Positions 19,549 to 28,894 are shown, counted from the first letter of the stretch. The stretch: 64,000 nucleotides of DNA from Clostridia bacterium (GCA_017409875.1 JAFQRW010000008.1:38920-102919); one strand, 5' to 3'. Made by a program: numbers and translations. The notes: generated by a model from the sequence alone, not told the origin.

Positions 19549-19917
19549 ATGCAAGATTTTTCAATGCAGGATAAAATGAGAATAGTTCAAGAGCTTGTTC
19601 CGGGTAAACAGATTACTCTTGCACATATAATAGCAAACCCGGATGCAATTTTATATAAAAAGTTAGGATTAGACCCCGCTGTTGAGTATTCTAAGTCGGC
19701 AATCGGTATTATAACATTGTCGCCTTCTGAAACAGCAATCATTGCCGGGGATATTGCAATCAAGGCATCTGGCGCAGAGCTTGGATTTGTAGACCGTTTC
19801 AGCGGAACTCTTATCACAACAGGTACAGTGTCTGAGGTTGAGGCTTCAATGAATGCAATTTGTGATTATTGCAAGAACAAACTTGGGTTTACTATTTGCG
19901 AAATTACAAAGACCTGA
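19549..19917 (+). CDS. pduU: PduU/EutS-type circularly permuted BMC shell protein
   Basis: VQELVPGKQITLAHIIANPD...IGIITLSP...IAGDIAIKASG. GGAGGG SD. Confidence 0.8.
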   Translation: MQDFSMQDKMRIVQELVPGKQITLAHIIANPDAILYKKLGLDPAVEYSKSAIGIITLSPSETAIIAGDIAIKASGAELGFVDRFSGTLITTGTVSEVEASMNAICDYCKNKLGFTICEITKT

Positions 19918-19951
19918 TGCGGAGGGGTTTAAAATAAAAAGAATTATCTTC

Positions 19952-20359
19952 ATGGGAAGAACGGGAAGCGGAAAAACGTCGCTCACACAGGCACTAAAAA
20001 AACAGCCTGTTAAGTATCAGAAAACCCAGTACATAAACTACCACGATGTTATTATTGATACTCCCGGTGAGTATGCTGAAAATGCACACTTAGGAAGAGC
20101 ACTTGCACTTTATTCATACGAGGCAGATGTAGTAGGACTTCTTTTAAGTGCAACAGAAAACTACTCACTTTTTCCGCCTAATATAACTTGCCTTGTAAAC
20201 CGTGAGGTTATAGGTATAGTGACAAAAATAGACAAAAAAGAAGCAAATCCTGAAAAAGCAAAGAACTGGCTTGAGCTTACAGGATGTAAGAAAATCTTTT
20301 TTATAAGCTCGAAAACGGGTGAGGGAATCGAGGAATTGACTGATTATTTGTCAAATTAG
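19952..20359 (+). CDS. pduV: EutP/PduV-family small GTPase (BMC-associated)
   Basis: Walker A GRTGSGKTSL and DTPGE motif. Start uncertain: an in-frame ATG at 19853 would add a 33-aa extension overlapping pduU. Confidence 0.7.
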   Translation: MGRTGSGKTSLTQALKKQPVKYQKTQYINYHDVIIDTPGEYAENAHLGRALALYSYEADVVGLLLSATENYSLFPPNITCLVNREVIGIVTKIDKKEANPEKAKNWLELTGCKKIFFISSKTGEGIEELTDYLSN

Positions 20360-20412
20360 TCAAAAAACTCACAAAAAACCACAAAAAAATAAAAAAAACA
20401 ACACGTTTTTAT

Positions 20413-20440
20413 TGACAAAACAAAGAAAAAGTGGTAGTAT
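20413..20440 (+). promoter_or_regulatory. Sigma-A-type promoter of the aldolase-BMC shell/enzyme unit
   Basis: TTGACA, 16-nt spacer with extended TG, TAGTAT. Confidence 0.5.
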
Positions 20441-20504
20441 TATATTGTAAACAATTATATAAATGCAAAATAAAATTAATTTCAACAGAAAAGGAGAATA
20501 GATT

Positions 20505-21317
20505 ATGACTTCAGAATTTGAAATCAAAAAACAAATTTGCGACATCGGTAAGAGAATTTACAACAGAGGTATGGTTGCTGCAAACGACGGTAACATTTCT
20601 GTTAAACTTTCCGATAACGAATTTTTGTGCACACCTACAGGCGTTAGTAAGGGCTTTATGACTCCTGAATACATCTGTAAAGTTGACAGAGACGGTAATG
20701 TTATCCAGGCAAACGGAAACTTTAAGCCTTCTTCTGAAATTAAGATGCACATGAGAGTTTATCAGCAGAGACCTGATGTAAATAGCGTTGTTCATGCTCA
20801 TCCTATTTACGCAACAAGCTTTGCTATCGCAGGCATTCCGCTTACACAGCCTATTATGCCTGAAGCAGTTATTGCTCTCGGTTGCGTTCCGATTGCTGAG
20901 TATGGCACACCTTCTACTATGGAAATTCCGGATGCAGTAGAAAAGTATTTGCAGTATTACGATGCAGTGCTTCTTGCTAACCATGGTGCACTTGCTTATT
21001 CAGACAGCCTTCTTGCTGCTTACCACAAGATGGAATCTTTGGAGTTTTATGCTGAACTCTTGTTCAAAGCAAAACAGCTTGGCGGCCCTAAAGAATTATC
21101 ACCTTCACAGGTTGAAAGACTTTATGAAATCAGAAGACAGTTTGGTATGACAGGTAAACATCCTGCTGACCTTTGCCCGAATGCTAAAAACGGCAAATCA
21201 AGCTGTCATTCATGCGGCGGCAACTGTGGTGGTCACAAAGCTGCTACAATCGGAAATGCTGATGCTGATTTAGTTGCATCTATCACCAAGAGAGTAATGG
21301 AACAGCTTGGCAAATAA
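20505..21317 (+). CDS. Class II (fuculose/rhamnulose-1-phosphate-type) aldolase with C-terminal Cys/His-rich tail and amphipathic helix
   Basis: HAHP...HG Zn-ligand histidines of the class II aldolase/adducin fold. Tail CPNAKNGKSSCHSCGGNCGGHK followed by ADLVASITKRVMEQLGK. Confidence 0.8.
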   Translation: MTSEFEIKKQICDIGKRIYNRGMVAANDGNISVKLSDNEFLCTPTGVSKGFMTPEYICKVDRDGNVIQANGNFKPSSEIKMHMRVYQQRPDVNSVVHAHPIYATSFAIAGIPLTQPIMPEAVIALGCVPIAEYGTPSTMEIPDAVEKYLQYYDAVLLANHGALAYSDSLLAAYHKMESLEFYAELLFKAKQLGGPKELSPSQVERLYEIRRQFGMTGKHPADLCPNAKNGKSSCHSCGGNCGGHKAATIGNADADLVASITKRVMEQLGK

Positions 21318-21815
21318 TTGCATTTTGAAAGGAGCAGTTATATGAATGAACAAAATATTTCTTCTTTGGTAGCTGCTGCAATAAAAGATGTGATTGCAAA
21401 TTCTTCTTCAGAAATGACACTTCAAAAAGCCAAAAAACTCGCTTTGCTGGTTGAACAGGAGGCAGAAAGAATTGGAGTAAAAGCAGTAGTTGCCGTTTCC
21501 AATTCAGCAGCAAGACCTGTGTTGGTTGAATGTATGGATGATTCATACATTGCAAGCTATGATGTTGCTTTTAATAAAGCATATACCGTAGTTGCACTTA
21601 AAATGTCAACATCCAAGCTAAAAGGCTTAAGTCAGCCAAATGAGCCTCTTTACGGAATACAGTTTACCAATCAAGGTCAGATTGTTATTTTTGGCGGAGG
21701 CGAGCCACTTTATGTTGGTGGCAAGATTGTCGGCGGACTTGGTGTTAGCGGCGGAAGCGAAGAACAGGACACCTACTTGGCAGAGTTCGGAGCAAAAGCC
21801 TGGGAGGAATTATAA
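21318..21815 (+). CDS. GlcG/DUF336 (PduO-C-terminal-like, heme-binding) protein
   Basis: GGGEPLYVGGKIVGGLGVSGG motif. Confidence 0.7.
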   Translation: MHFERSSYMNEQNISSLVAAAIKDVIANSSSEMTLQKAKKLALLVEQEAERIGVKAVVAVSNSAARPVLVECMDDSYIASYDVAFNKAYTVVALKMSTSKLKGLSQPNEPLYGIQFTNQGQIVIFGGGEPLYVGGKIVGGLGVSGGSEEQDTYLAEFGAKAWEEL

Positions 21816-21816
21816 A

Positions 21817-23352
21817 ATGACCGCACTTGAAAAAAAGGCATTCGAAATTGCTTGCAGCGGTAAAAGTACGGTTGTTGAGGTTTTGAAAGAAGAAAAACAA
21901 GAGTTTATTTATCATCTAATAGAAGGCGGCGGATATTACGCAACCAAAGATGAAATAAAACGACTTGAAACAAACGCAGTTACAAAGGCTGATAACTTAA
22001 AGGCTGTGTTGTTTAAAATGCAGGCAATTACAAGCCTTGAACATAAGTTTATAGTTTATGATGCCGATAAGGCACAACTTAATGGTTTTAATGTTCCTGT
22101 GATAGGGATTAAAACTATACAAGAATCTAAAAAAAGGAGCGCAGAAATGGACATTAATCAGGATAAAATTCAAGCTATAGTTCAGCAGGTTTTGTCTGAA
22201 ATGGGCGGAAATGCAAAGCCTGCACCTAAAGCGTCAGGCGGAGCAATCCCAAAGACAAGTAAAGCTGCAATGCTTACAAAGCTTGAAAACTACGAAATTA
22301 AAGAGTTCCCAATCCCTGAGCTTGGCGACGATGACATTTTGGTCAAAGTTGAAGGTTGCGGTATTTGCGGAACAGACGCACATGAGTTTAAACGCGATCC
22401 GTTTGGAATTATCCCGCTTGTTCTCGGTCACGAAGGTACAGGCGAGATTGTAAAGATGGGTAAAAATGTTAAAAAAGACAGTGCGGGTAAGCCACTTAAT
22501 ATCGGCGATAAAGTTGTTACCTGTATGATTTTTAAAGATGACCCGGATATTACAATGTTCGACCTTAACAAGCAGAATGTAGGCTCAGGGGCTGAGGTTT
22601 ACGGACTTATCCCGGATGACGACATTCACTTAAACGGATGGTTTGCAGATTACATAGTAATAAGAGGCGGTTCTACAATATTCAACGTTAGCGATTTAGA
22701 CCTCGATTCAAGAATTTTAATTGAACCAAGTGCAGTTTTAATTCATGCGGTAGAACGTGCAAAAACTACAGGTATTTTAAGATTTAATTCAAGAGTTGTA
22801 GTGCAGGGCTGTGGTCCTATAGGACTTATTTGTATCGCAATACTTCGCACAATGGGAGTTGAAAACATTGTTGCAGTTGACGGCGAACAAAAACGCCTTG
22901 ATTTCGCAAAAGAAATGGGAGCGACTGCATCTGTTAACTTTAAAGACCATAAAGGTATTGAAGCACTAACAGAAGCAGTAAAAGACGCGTTTGGCGGATA
23001 CTTAGCTGACTTTGCATTCCAGTGTACAGGTTCACCTGTTGCTCACGCAAACATCTATAAGTTTATAAGAAACGGCGGCGGACTTTGCGAGCTTGGATTC
23101 TTTATAAACGGTGGCGACGCTACAATCAATCCACACTTTGATATTTGCTCAAAGGAAATTACAACAGTTGGTTCTTGGGTTTACACTTTAAGAGATTATG
23201 CTACAACATTTGATTTCTTAAAGAGAGCAAAAGGCATTGGACTTCCAATGGAAAAGCTCATCACTCACAAGTTCCCGCTTGACCAAATCAATGAGGCTCA
23301 CATCACAAATCTTAAGATGGAAGGCCTTAAAATAGCAATAATAAATAATTAA
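21817..23352 (+). CDS. Zn-dependent medium-chain alcohol dehydrogenase fused to a ~110-aa N-terminal domain of unknown function plus an encapsulation-peptide-like helix
   Basis: CGICGTDAHEF Zn-ADH motif and GCGPIGL Rossmann motif. Internal ATG at 22147 (MDINQDKIQAIVQQVLSEM) has an AAAAAGGAG SD; there is no stop between 21817 and 22147. Confidence 0.75.
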   Translation: MTALEKKAFEIACSGKSTVVEVLKEEKQEFIYHLIEGGGYYATKDEIKRLETNAVTKADNLKAVLFKMQAITSLEHKFIVYDADKAQLNGFNVPVIGIKTIQESKKRSAEMDINQDKIQAIVQQVLSEMGGNAKPAPKASGGAIPKTSKAAMLTKLENYEIKEFPIPELGDDDILVKVEGCGICGTDAHEFKRDPFGIIPLVLGHEGTGEIVKMGKNVKKDSAGKPLNIGDKVVTCMIFKDDPDITMFDLNKQNVGSGAEVYGLIPDDDIHLNGWFADYIVIRGGSTIFNVSDLDLDSRILIEPSAVLIHAVERAKTTGILRFNSRVVVQGCGPIGLICIAILRTMGVENIVAVDGEQKRLDFAKEMGATASVNFKDHKGIEALTEAVKDAFGGYLADFAFQCTGSPVAHANIYKFIRNGGGLCELGFFINGGDATINPHFDICSKEITTVGSWVYTLRDYATTFDFLKRAKGIGLPMEKLITHKFPLDQINEAHITNLKMEGLKIAIINN

Positions 23353-23371
23353 TTTTAGGAGGGTATAAATC

Positions 23372-23647
23372 ATGGCATTAGAAGCATTAGGTATGATTGA
23401 AACAAGAGGTCTTACTGCAGCAATTGAGGCAGCAGACGCAATGGTAAAAGCTGCTGAGGTAACACTTATCGGCACTGAAAAAATCGGTTCAGGATTAGTA
23501 AGCGTTATGGTTCGCGGTGACGTTGGAGCTGTTAAAGCTGCTACAGAAGCTGGTTCTACTTGCGCATCACGTCTTGGTGAATTGGTTGCAGTTCATGTAA
23601 TCCCAAGACCACACGCAGACGTTGAAAAAATTCTCCCCAAATTTTAA
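23372..23647 (+). CDS. BMC-H hexameric shell protein (PduA/EutM-like)
   Basis: [14 protein letters not shown]...[13 protein letters not shown]. Confidence 0.9.
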   Translation: MALEALGMIETRGLTAAIEAADAMVKAAEVTLIGTEKIGSGLVSVMVRGDVGAVKAATEAGSTCASRLGELVAVHVIPRPHADVEKILPKF

Positions 23648-23663
23648 TTAAGAGGTGAGATAA

Positions 23664-24041
23664 ATGGCAACATCTAACAAGACAACTAAGGCACCGGCTC
23701 CAAAGGCAGAGCCTAAAAAAGAAGTTAATATTAAGGTTGAATCTATTAAGGAGGAAAAGAAAATGGCATTAGAAGCATTAGGAATGGTTGAAACAAGAGG
23801 TTTGGTAGCTGCAATTGAAGCTGCCGATGCAATGCTCAAAGCTGCAAACGTACAGCTTTTAGGAACAGAAAGAATCGGTTCTGGATTGGTAAGCGTTATG
23901 GTTCGTGGCGATGTTGGAGCTGTTAAAGCTGCTGTTGAAGCTGGTCAGGCTAGCGCTCAGAGACTTGGCGAAATTATTGCTACACACGTAATTCCAAGAC
24001 CTCATGGTGATGTTGAAAAAATTCTTCCGTCACTCAAATAA
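23664..24041 (+). CDS. BMC-H hexameric shell protein with Lys/Pro/Ala-rich N-terminal extension
   Basis: Paralogue of the preceding gene. The 33-aa extension is [19 protein letters not shown]... There is an alternative internal start ATG at 23763 with an AAGGAGG SD. Confidence 0.85.
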   Translation: MATSNKTTKAPAPKAEPKKEVNIKVESIKEEKKMALEALGMVETRGLVAAIEAADAMLKAANVQLLGTERIGSGLVSVMVRGDVGAVKAAVEAGQASAQRLGEIIATHVIPRPHGDVEKILPSLK

Positions 24042-24112
24042 TTAACTGTCAAATATATGGGTTGCCGTGCATGTCGCGGCGACCCTGATGATAGTACACG
24101 GGAGGGAACTTT

Positions 24113-24373
24113 ATGATTATCGGTAAGGTAGTAGGAAGTGTTGTTTCTACAAGAAAAAACGAAAATTTAATCGGAAACAAATTTATGATTGTTGAACCTG
24201 CACACAAAACAGGAACAGGTAACATTGTTGCTGTTGATAACATTGGAGCAGGTATCGGTGAATTTGTTTTGGTTGCAACAGGAAGTGCAGCAAGAATTGG
24301 CTGCAATATGGCATCAAGCCCTGTTGATGCTGCGATTGTCGGCATAATTGATGATGGCAGCGAACTTAAATGA
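24113..24373 (+). CDS. BMC-P pentameric vertex protein (EutN/PduN/CcmL family)
   Basis: MIIGKVVGSVVSTRK...MIVEP pattern. Confidence 0.85.
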   Translation: MIIGKVVGSVVSTRKNENLIGNKFMIVEPAHKTGTGNIVAVDNIGAGIGEFVLVATGSAARIGCNMASSPVDAAIVGIIDDGSELK

Positions 24374-24394
24374 TAGTATTTAGAAAGGTTAGAA

Positions 24395-25732
24395 ATGGCT
24401 ATGACACTTGAAAAATTACAACAGCTTATGAAAGTCAATGGCGTGGTAGGTGCCGGCGGTGCCGGATTTCCTTCGTATGCAAAACTTGATAAAAGAGCAG
24501 ATACAATTATACTAAATTGTGCCGAATGTGAGCCTCTTTTAAAGTTGCACAGACAAGTTTTGACAGAGTATGCTTATGAAATTATGAGCACGCTTGACTT
24601 AATTGCTGATTTGGTTGATGCAAAAAGTGTTATTATTGCTGTAAAACCTGCATATAGTGAGGCGGTTAATGCAGTAAAAGCGCATCTCGAGTCTTTTAAA
24701 AGGATAAGTATAGGATATTTGCCTGAGATTTATCCGGCAGGTGATGAGGTTGTCACCATTTACGAAACAACAAAAAGGGTTGTTGAGCCTGGAAAACTCC
24801 CAATTACGGTTGGGGTGACGGTGTTCAACGTTGAAACAATTTACAATGTATACAGGGCAATTAATGAAAATGAGCCTGTTACATTTAAATACATAACGGT
24901 TGCAGGTGAGGTTAAAAAGCCTGTAACGGTAAAAGTGCCTATTGGAACTTCTATCAAAGAAGTTATTAAAATGGCAGGAGGAGCCACTGTGCAGGATTAT
25001 ATGCTGATTAACGGCGGTCCTATGACAGGTGGTTTGGTTGAAGAATTTGAAACAGTAACAAAGACAACAAATGGTATTTTGGTTATGCCTAAAGACCATT
25101 ATATTATAAATAAAAGACGTGCAAGCATTAAAACTGATATGAAACGTGCAATGAGTGCTTGCTGTCAGTGTAAAATGTGCACAGATATGTGTTCAAGAAA
25201 TCTTTTGGGGCATCCCATAAAGCCACATGAATTTATGAGAGTGGCGACATCGGGAGTTACAAGGGATATTGAGCCGTTTGTCAATACAATGTTTTGTTCT
25301 GCGTGCGGATTGTGTGAAATGTATGCTTGTAATCAGGGACTTTCACCAAGAACGCTGATTTCTGTCTATAAAAATGGACTAAAACAAAACGGAGTTAAAA
25401 TTCCTGATGATATTTCGTTCAAAGAAGTATCAAAGCAAAGGGAATTCAGAAAAGTTCCAATGCATCGCCTTATTGCAAGACTGGGACTTACACAGTATGA
25501 CAAACCTGCACCTTTGGATAACGAACTTAGAAGCGTAAAAACTGTAAAAATTGCATTGTCACAGCACATAGGTGCGCCTTGCAAAGCGGTGGTAAAAAAA
25601 GGCGATAAGGTTGAATATGGTCAGGTAATTGGGGAATCGTCGGCTGACAAACTGGGTGTGAATATTCATGCTTCAATATCAGGTACAGTGCTTGAAGTCA
25701 GCGATAGATTCGTTACGATAAAAGGAGAGTAA
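24395..25732 (+). CDS. pduS: PduS/RnfC-like NADH-binding Fe-S flavoprotein (BMC electron-transfer component)
   Basis: GAGGAGFP nucleotide motif, two Cys clusters (CQCKMCTDMC, CSACGLCEMYAC) and a C-terminal RnfC-type barrel-sandwich segment. Confidence 0.8.
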   Translation: MAMTLEKLQQLMKVNGVVGAGGAGFPSYAKLDKRADTIILNCAECEPLLKLHRQVLTEYAYEIMSTLDLIADLVDAKSVIIAVKPAYSEAVNAVKAHLESFKRISIGYLPEIYPAGDEVVTIYETTKRVVEPGKLPITVGVTVFNVETIYNVYRAINENEPVTFKYITVAGEVKKPVTVKVPIGTSIKEVIKMAGGATVQDYMLINGGPMTGGLVEEFETVTKTTNGILVMPKDHYIINKRRASIKTDMKRAMSACCQCKMCTDMCSRNLLGHPIKPHEFMRVATSGVTRDIEPFVNTMFCSACGLCEMYACNQGLSPRTLISVYKNGLKQNGVKIPDDISFKEVSKQREFRKVPMHRLIARLGLTQYDKPAPLDNELRSVKTVKIALSQHIGAPCKAVVKKGDKVEYGQVIGESSADKLGVNIHASISGTVLEVSDRFVTIKGE

Positions 25733-25735
25733 GAT

Positions 25736-26284
25736 ATGGCAAAAGCGATTGGAATGGCTGAGTTTCAGAATGTATCATCGGGCGTTAGAGCTGCTGATAT
25801 CATTATAAAAACGGCTGATGTAGATGTTATAGAGGCACAGGTTGTATGCCCGGGCAAATATATTATCATAATAACAGGGCAGTTAAGTGCTGTAAGGGCT
25901 TCAATTGATGCGGCTAAGGTTCAGTTTGCCGAAACAATGGTTGATAGCTTTGTGCTTGGAAATCCTGATGAGTCTATTTTCCCTGCAATTTATGGTTCAA
26001 ATCCGGTTGAAAATCCAAATGCGTTGGGCGTTTTGGAAACATATTCAGCGGCTTCAATTATTGTTGCAGCCGATCTTGCTGCAAAAACTGCTGAGGTTGA
26101 TTTGATTGAGCTCAGAATTGCAAGAGGTATGTGCGGAAAATCTTATATGTATATTACAGGTGAGGTTGCTGCAGTAACGGCATCAATAGAAAATGCAAAA
26201 GCTAAAATTGGTAATAACGGTATGCTGCTTGATGCATCTGTTATTCCTAATCCTGATAAGAAGCTTTGGGACACAATTTTATAA
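25736..26284 (+). CDS. pduT: BMC-T tandem-domain shell protein (PduT-like, Cys at pore consistent with Fe-S site)
   Basis: Two BMC domains (IGMAEF..., LGVLETYS...). CPGK motif. Confidence 0.8.
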   Translation: MAKAIGMAEFQNVSSGVRAADIIIKTADVDVIEAQVVCPGKYIIIITGQLSAVRASIDAAKVQFAETMVDSFVLGNPDESIFPAIYGSNPVENPNALGVLETYSAASIIVAADLAAKTAEVDLIELRIARGMCGKSYMYITGEVAAVTASIENAKAKIGNNGMLLDASVIPNPDKKLWDTIL

Positions 26285-26298
26285 GCGGAGCGTAATTT

Positions 26299-27438
26299 AT
26301 GAATAAATTCAAAATTAAAACTGAAGTAAAATTCAGCGATAATGCGATTGATGCACTTTTAGATTATAAAAATGTGAATGCCGCTATTGTTACCGATGAA
26401 TTTATGAACAAAAGCGGTAAGGTTAAAATGATTACCGACAAGCTTTCTGGCTGTAACAGAGTCGATGTTTTTGATGAAGTAAAACCTGATCCGCCGATTT
26501 CTTTGATAATTAAGGGATTAGAGTTTCTTGAAAAATGCGATACACAGATAGTTGTTGCACTTGGTGGAGGTTCATCTATTGATGCAGCAAAAGCAATGGT
26601 GTTTATGGCAAAAAAAGTAACAGGTAAGGATTTAAAGCTTGTTGCAATTCCCACCACCAGCGGCACAGGGTCTGAGGTAACTCAGTTTGCAGTTATAACA
26701 GATGAGGAAAAAGGAATAAAATATCCGTTGGTTGACGAAGATCTTTTGCCCGACCTTGCTATATTAATTCCTGAACTTGTTACATCTGTTCCTCCTTCGG
26801 TAACAGCTGATACAGGATTTGATGTTATAACACACGCAATGGAAGCTTATGTTTCAACACTTGCAAACGATGCATCAGACGCTTTGGCAGAAAAATCTCT
26901 TAAAATTTGTTTTGAGTATCTTCCGGTTGCATACAAAGAAGGAGATAATCTTATAGCCAGAGAAAAAATGCATAGTGCATCTTGTCTTGCAGGTATGGCG
27001 TTTAATGAAGTAGGACTTGGAATTAATCACGGAATTGCCCATGCACTTGGTGCAAAATTCCATATTCCTCACGGAAGAGCAAACGCGATGCTCCTTCCTC
27101 ATGTCGTTGAATTTAATGCAGACCTTCATCATAATTTTGGAAAATACAATAAAGCCGAAGCAATGCAAAGAATTGCTGAGATTTCAAGAATGTTAAGATT
27201 GCCTCACGATACAAAAAGAATTGCAGTAGAGTCTTTGGTAGAAGAAATAAAATATATGATGAAAATGATGAAAATTCCTGCGACATTGAAAGAAGCAGGA
27301 GTGACTAAGGAAGATTATGAGGCAAGCAAAGCCGATATTATTAAAAGTGCTTTGAATGATTCTTGTACAAAAACGAATCCCCGTGAAGTTACGGAGGCTT
27401 CTGTCGAAAGAATACTTTCAAAAATAGCAATATGGTAA
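26299..27438 (+). CDS. Iron-containing alcohol dehydrogenase (PduQ/FucO-like)
   Basis: GGGSSIDAAK, TTSGTGSEVT and HGIAHALG Fe-ADH motifs. Confidence 0.85.
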   Translation: MNKFKIKTEVKFSDNAIDALLDYKNVNAAIVTDEFMNKSGKVKMITDKLSGCNRVDVFDEVKPDPPISLIIKGLEFLEKCDTQIVVALGGGSSIDAAKAMVFMAKKVTGKDLKLVAIPTTSGTGSEVTQFAVITDEEKGIKYPLVDEDLLPDLAILIPELVTSVPPSVTADTGFDVITHAMEAYVSTLANDASDALAEKSLKICFEYLPVAYKEGDNLIAREKMHSASCLAGMAFNEVGLGINHGIAHALGAKFHIPHGRANAMLLPHVVEFNADLHHNFGKYNKAEAMQRIAEISRMLRLPHDTKRIAVESLVEEIKYMMKMMKIPATLKEAGVTKEDYEASKADIIKSALNDSCTKTNPREVTEASVERILSKIAIW

Positions 27439-27461
27439 TTTATTATAGAGGGTGAGAAATT

Positions 27462-28862
27462 ATGAATATAAGTGAAAGTTACATTCAGGAAATAGTTGAA
27501 AAGGTAGTAAAAGGTGTAAAAACCGAAAATGCCATAGTAAATGGCAGACAGCTTAAGGGCGTTTTCCCTACAATGGGAGAAGCACTTGTAGCTGTTGATA
27601 AGGCATATAAGGAATTTAAGGCTTATAGCGTTGCTCAGCGTGAAAAAATGATTTCTAAAATCAGAGAATACACATTGGCTGAAGCTGAAAATATGGCAGT
27701 GCTTGGCGTTAAAGAAACCAAAATGGGAAGAGTTTCGGATAAAATTATCAAGCATCAGCTTGTAGCAAACAAAACTCCCGGAACAGAGGACTTAAAGCCT
27801 TCTGTTATGACAGGGGACGATGGTATGACTCTTGTTGAAATGGCACCTTATGGTGTAATCGGAAGTATTACACCGTCAACAAATCCTTCTGAAACGGTTA
27901 TATGTAATGCAATGGGTATGATTGCGGGCGGTAATGCAGTTGTATTTAATCCGCATCCTAATGCATGTGATACTGCAAACTATGCAGTTGACCTCGTAAA
28001 CAGAGCTGTTTTAGAGGCAGGCGGCCCTGAAAACTTAGTAGTTTCTGTTGTAAAGCCAACAAGAGAATCATCAAATGAGATGATGGCATCTCCTATAGTT
28101 AGAATGCTTGTTGCAACAGGCGGTCCCGGGGTTGTTAAAGCGCTTTTGTCATCAGGCAAAAAGGCAATCGGTGCAGGTGCAGGAAATCCTCCTGTTATTG
28201 TTGACGATACTGCTGATGTTAAAAAAGCAGGTGCAGATATTGTTAAAGGTGCAAGCTTTGACAACAATCTTCCATGTATTGCTGAAAAAGAATGCTTTGT
28301 ATTTAACAATGTAGCAGATAAACTTATCGCATCTATGCTTGAAAACGGTGCATACCTTGTTAAAGGCGCAGATATTGACAAGATTGTTAAAGTTGCACTT
28401 ATTGAAAAAGACGGTAAATACTCAATCAACAAAGATTTTGTAGGCAGAGATGCATCTAAATTCTTAAAAGAAATCGGAATTGACGCAGACCCAAGACTTA
28501 TAATCTGCGAAACTGATTTTAATCATCCGTTTGTCCAGGAAGAACTTATGATGCCAATACTTCCTATTGTAAGAGTAAATAATATTGACGAAGCTATTGA
28601 TTTAGCAGTAAAGGCTGAACATGGCAACCGTCATACAGCACATATTCATTCAAAAAATATTGACCATCTCACAAGATTTGCAAGAGCGGTTGAAACAACA
28701 ATTTTTGTTAAAAATGCTCCGTCTTATGCAGGTATTGGCGCAGGCGGTGAAGGTTATACAACATTTACCATTGCAGGTCCTACAGGTGAAGGGCTGACTG
28801 CTGCTCACTCATTTACAAGAAGCAGAAGATGTGTTATGGTAGACGGACTTCATATTGTTTGA
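27462..28862 (+). CDS. pduP: CoA-acylating aldehyde dehydrogenase (PduP/EutE family) with N-terminal encapsulation-peptide-like helix
   Basis: Catalytic CIAEKE context typical of EutE/PduP. N-terminal ISESYIQEIVEKVVKGV amphipathic helix. Confidence 0.85.
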   Translation: MNISESYIQEIVEKVVKGVKTENAIVNGRQLKGVFPTMGEALVAVDKAYKEFKAYSVAQREKMISKIREYTLAEAENMAVLGVKETKMGRVSDKIIKHQLVANKTPGTEDLKPSVMTGDDGMTLVEMAPYGVIGSITPSTNPSETVICNAMGMIAGGNAVVFNPHPNACDTANYAVDLVNRAVLEAGGPENLVVSVVKPTRESSNEMMASPIVRMLVATGGPGVVKALLSSGKKAIGAGAGNPPVIVDDTADVKKAGADIVKGASFDNNLPCIAEKECFVFNNVADKLIASMLENGAYLVKGADIDKIVKVALIEKDGKYSINKDFVGRDASKFLKEIGIDADPRLIICETDFNHPFVQEELMMPILPIVRVNNIDEAIDLAVKAEHGNRHTAHIHSKNIDHLTRFARAVETTIFVKNAPSYAGIGAGGEGYTTFTIAGPTGEGLTAAHSFTRSRRCVMVDGLHIV

Positions 28863-28894
28863 TTTTACTACTTGACGAAAGGATACAGCAAATA

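Noticed and set aside
20511-20984. 157-aa minus-strand ORF antisense to the aldolase, and similar antisense ORFs in GRE, aldehyde dehydrogenase, metG, GH3 and tsf
   Set aside because: Each is fully contained in a well-supported gene on the other strand. Composition is atypical (Cys/Phe/Asn-rich). No RBS.
23218-24438. Minus-strand ORFs (23218-23475, 23648-23839, 24049-24438) rich in Ala/Ser/Ile
   Set aside because: They are antisense shadows of the Ala-rich BMC-H/BMC-P genes on the + strand. No SD, no motifs.
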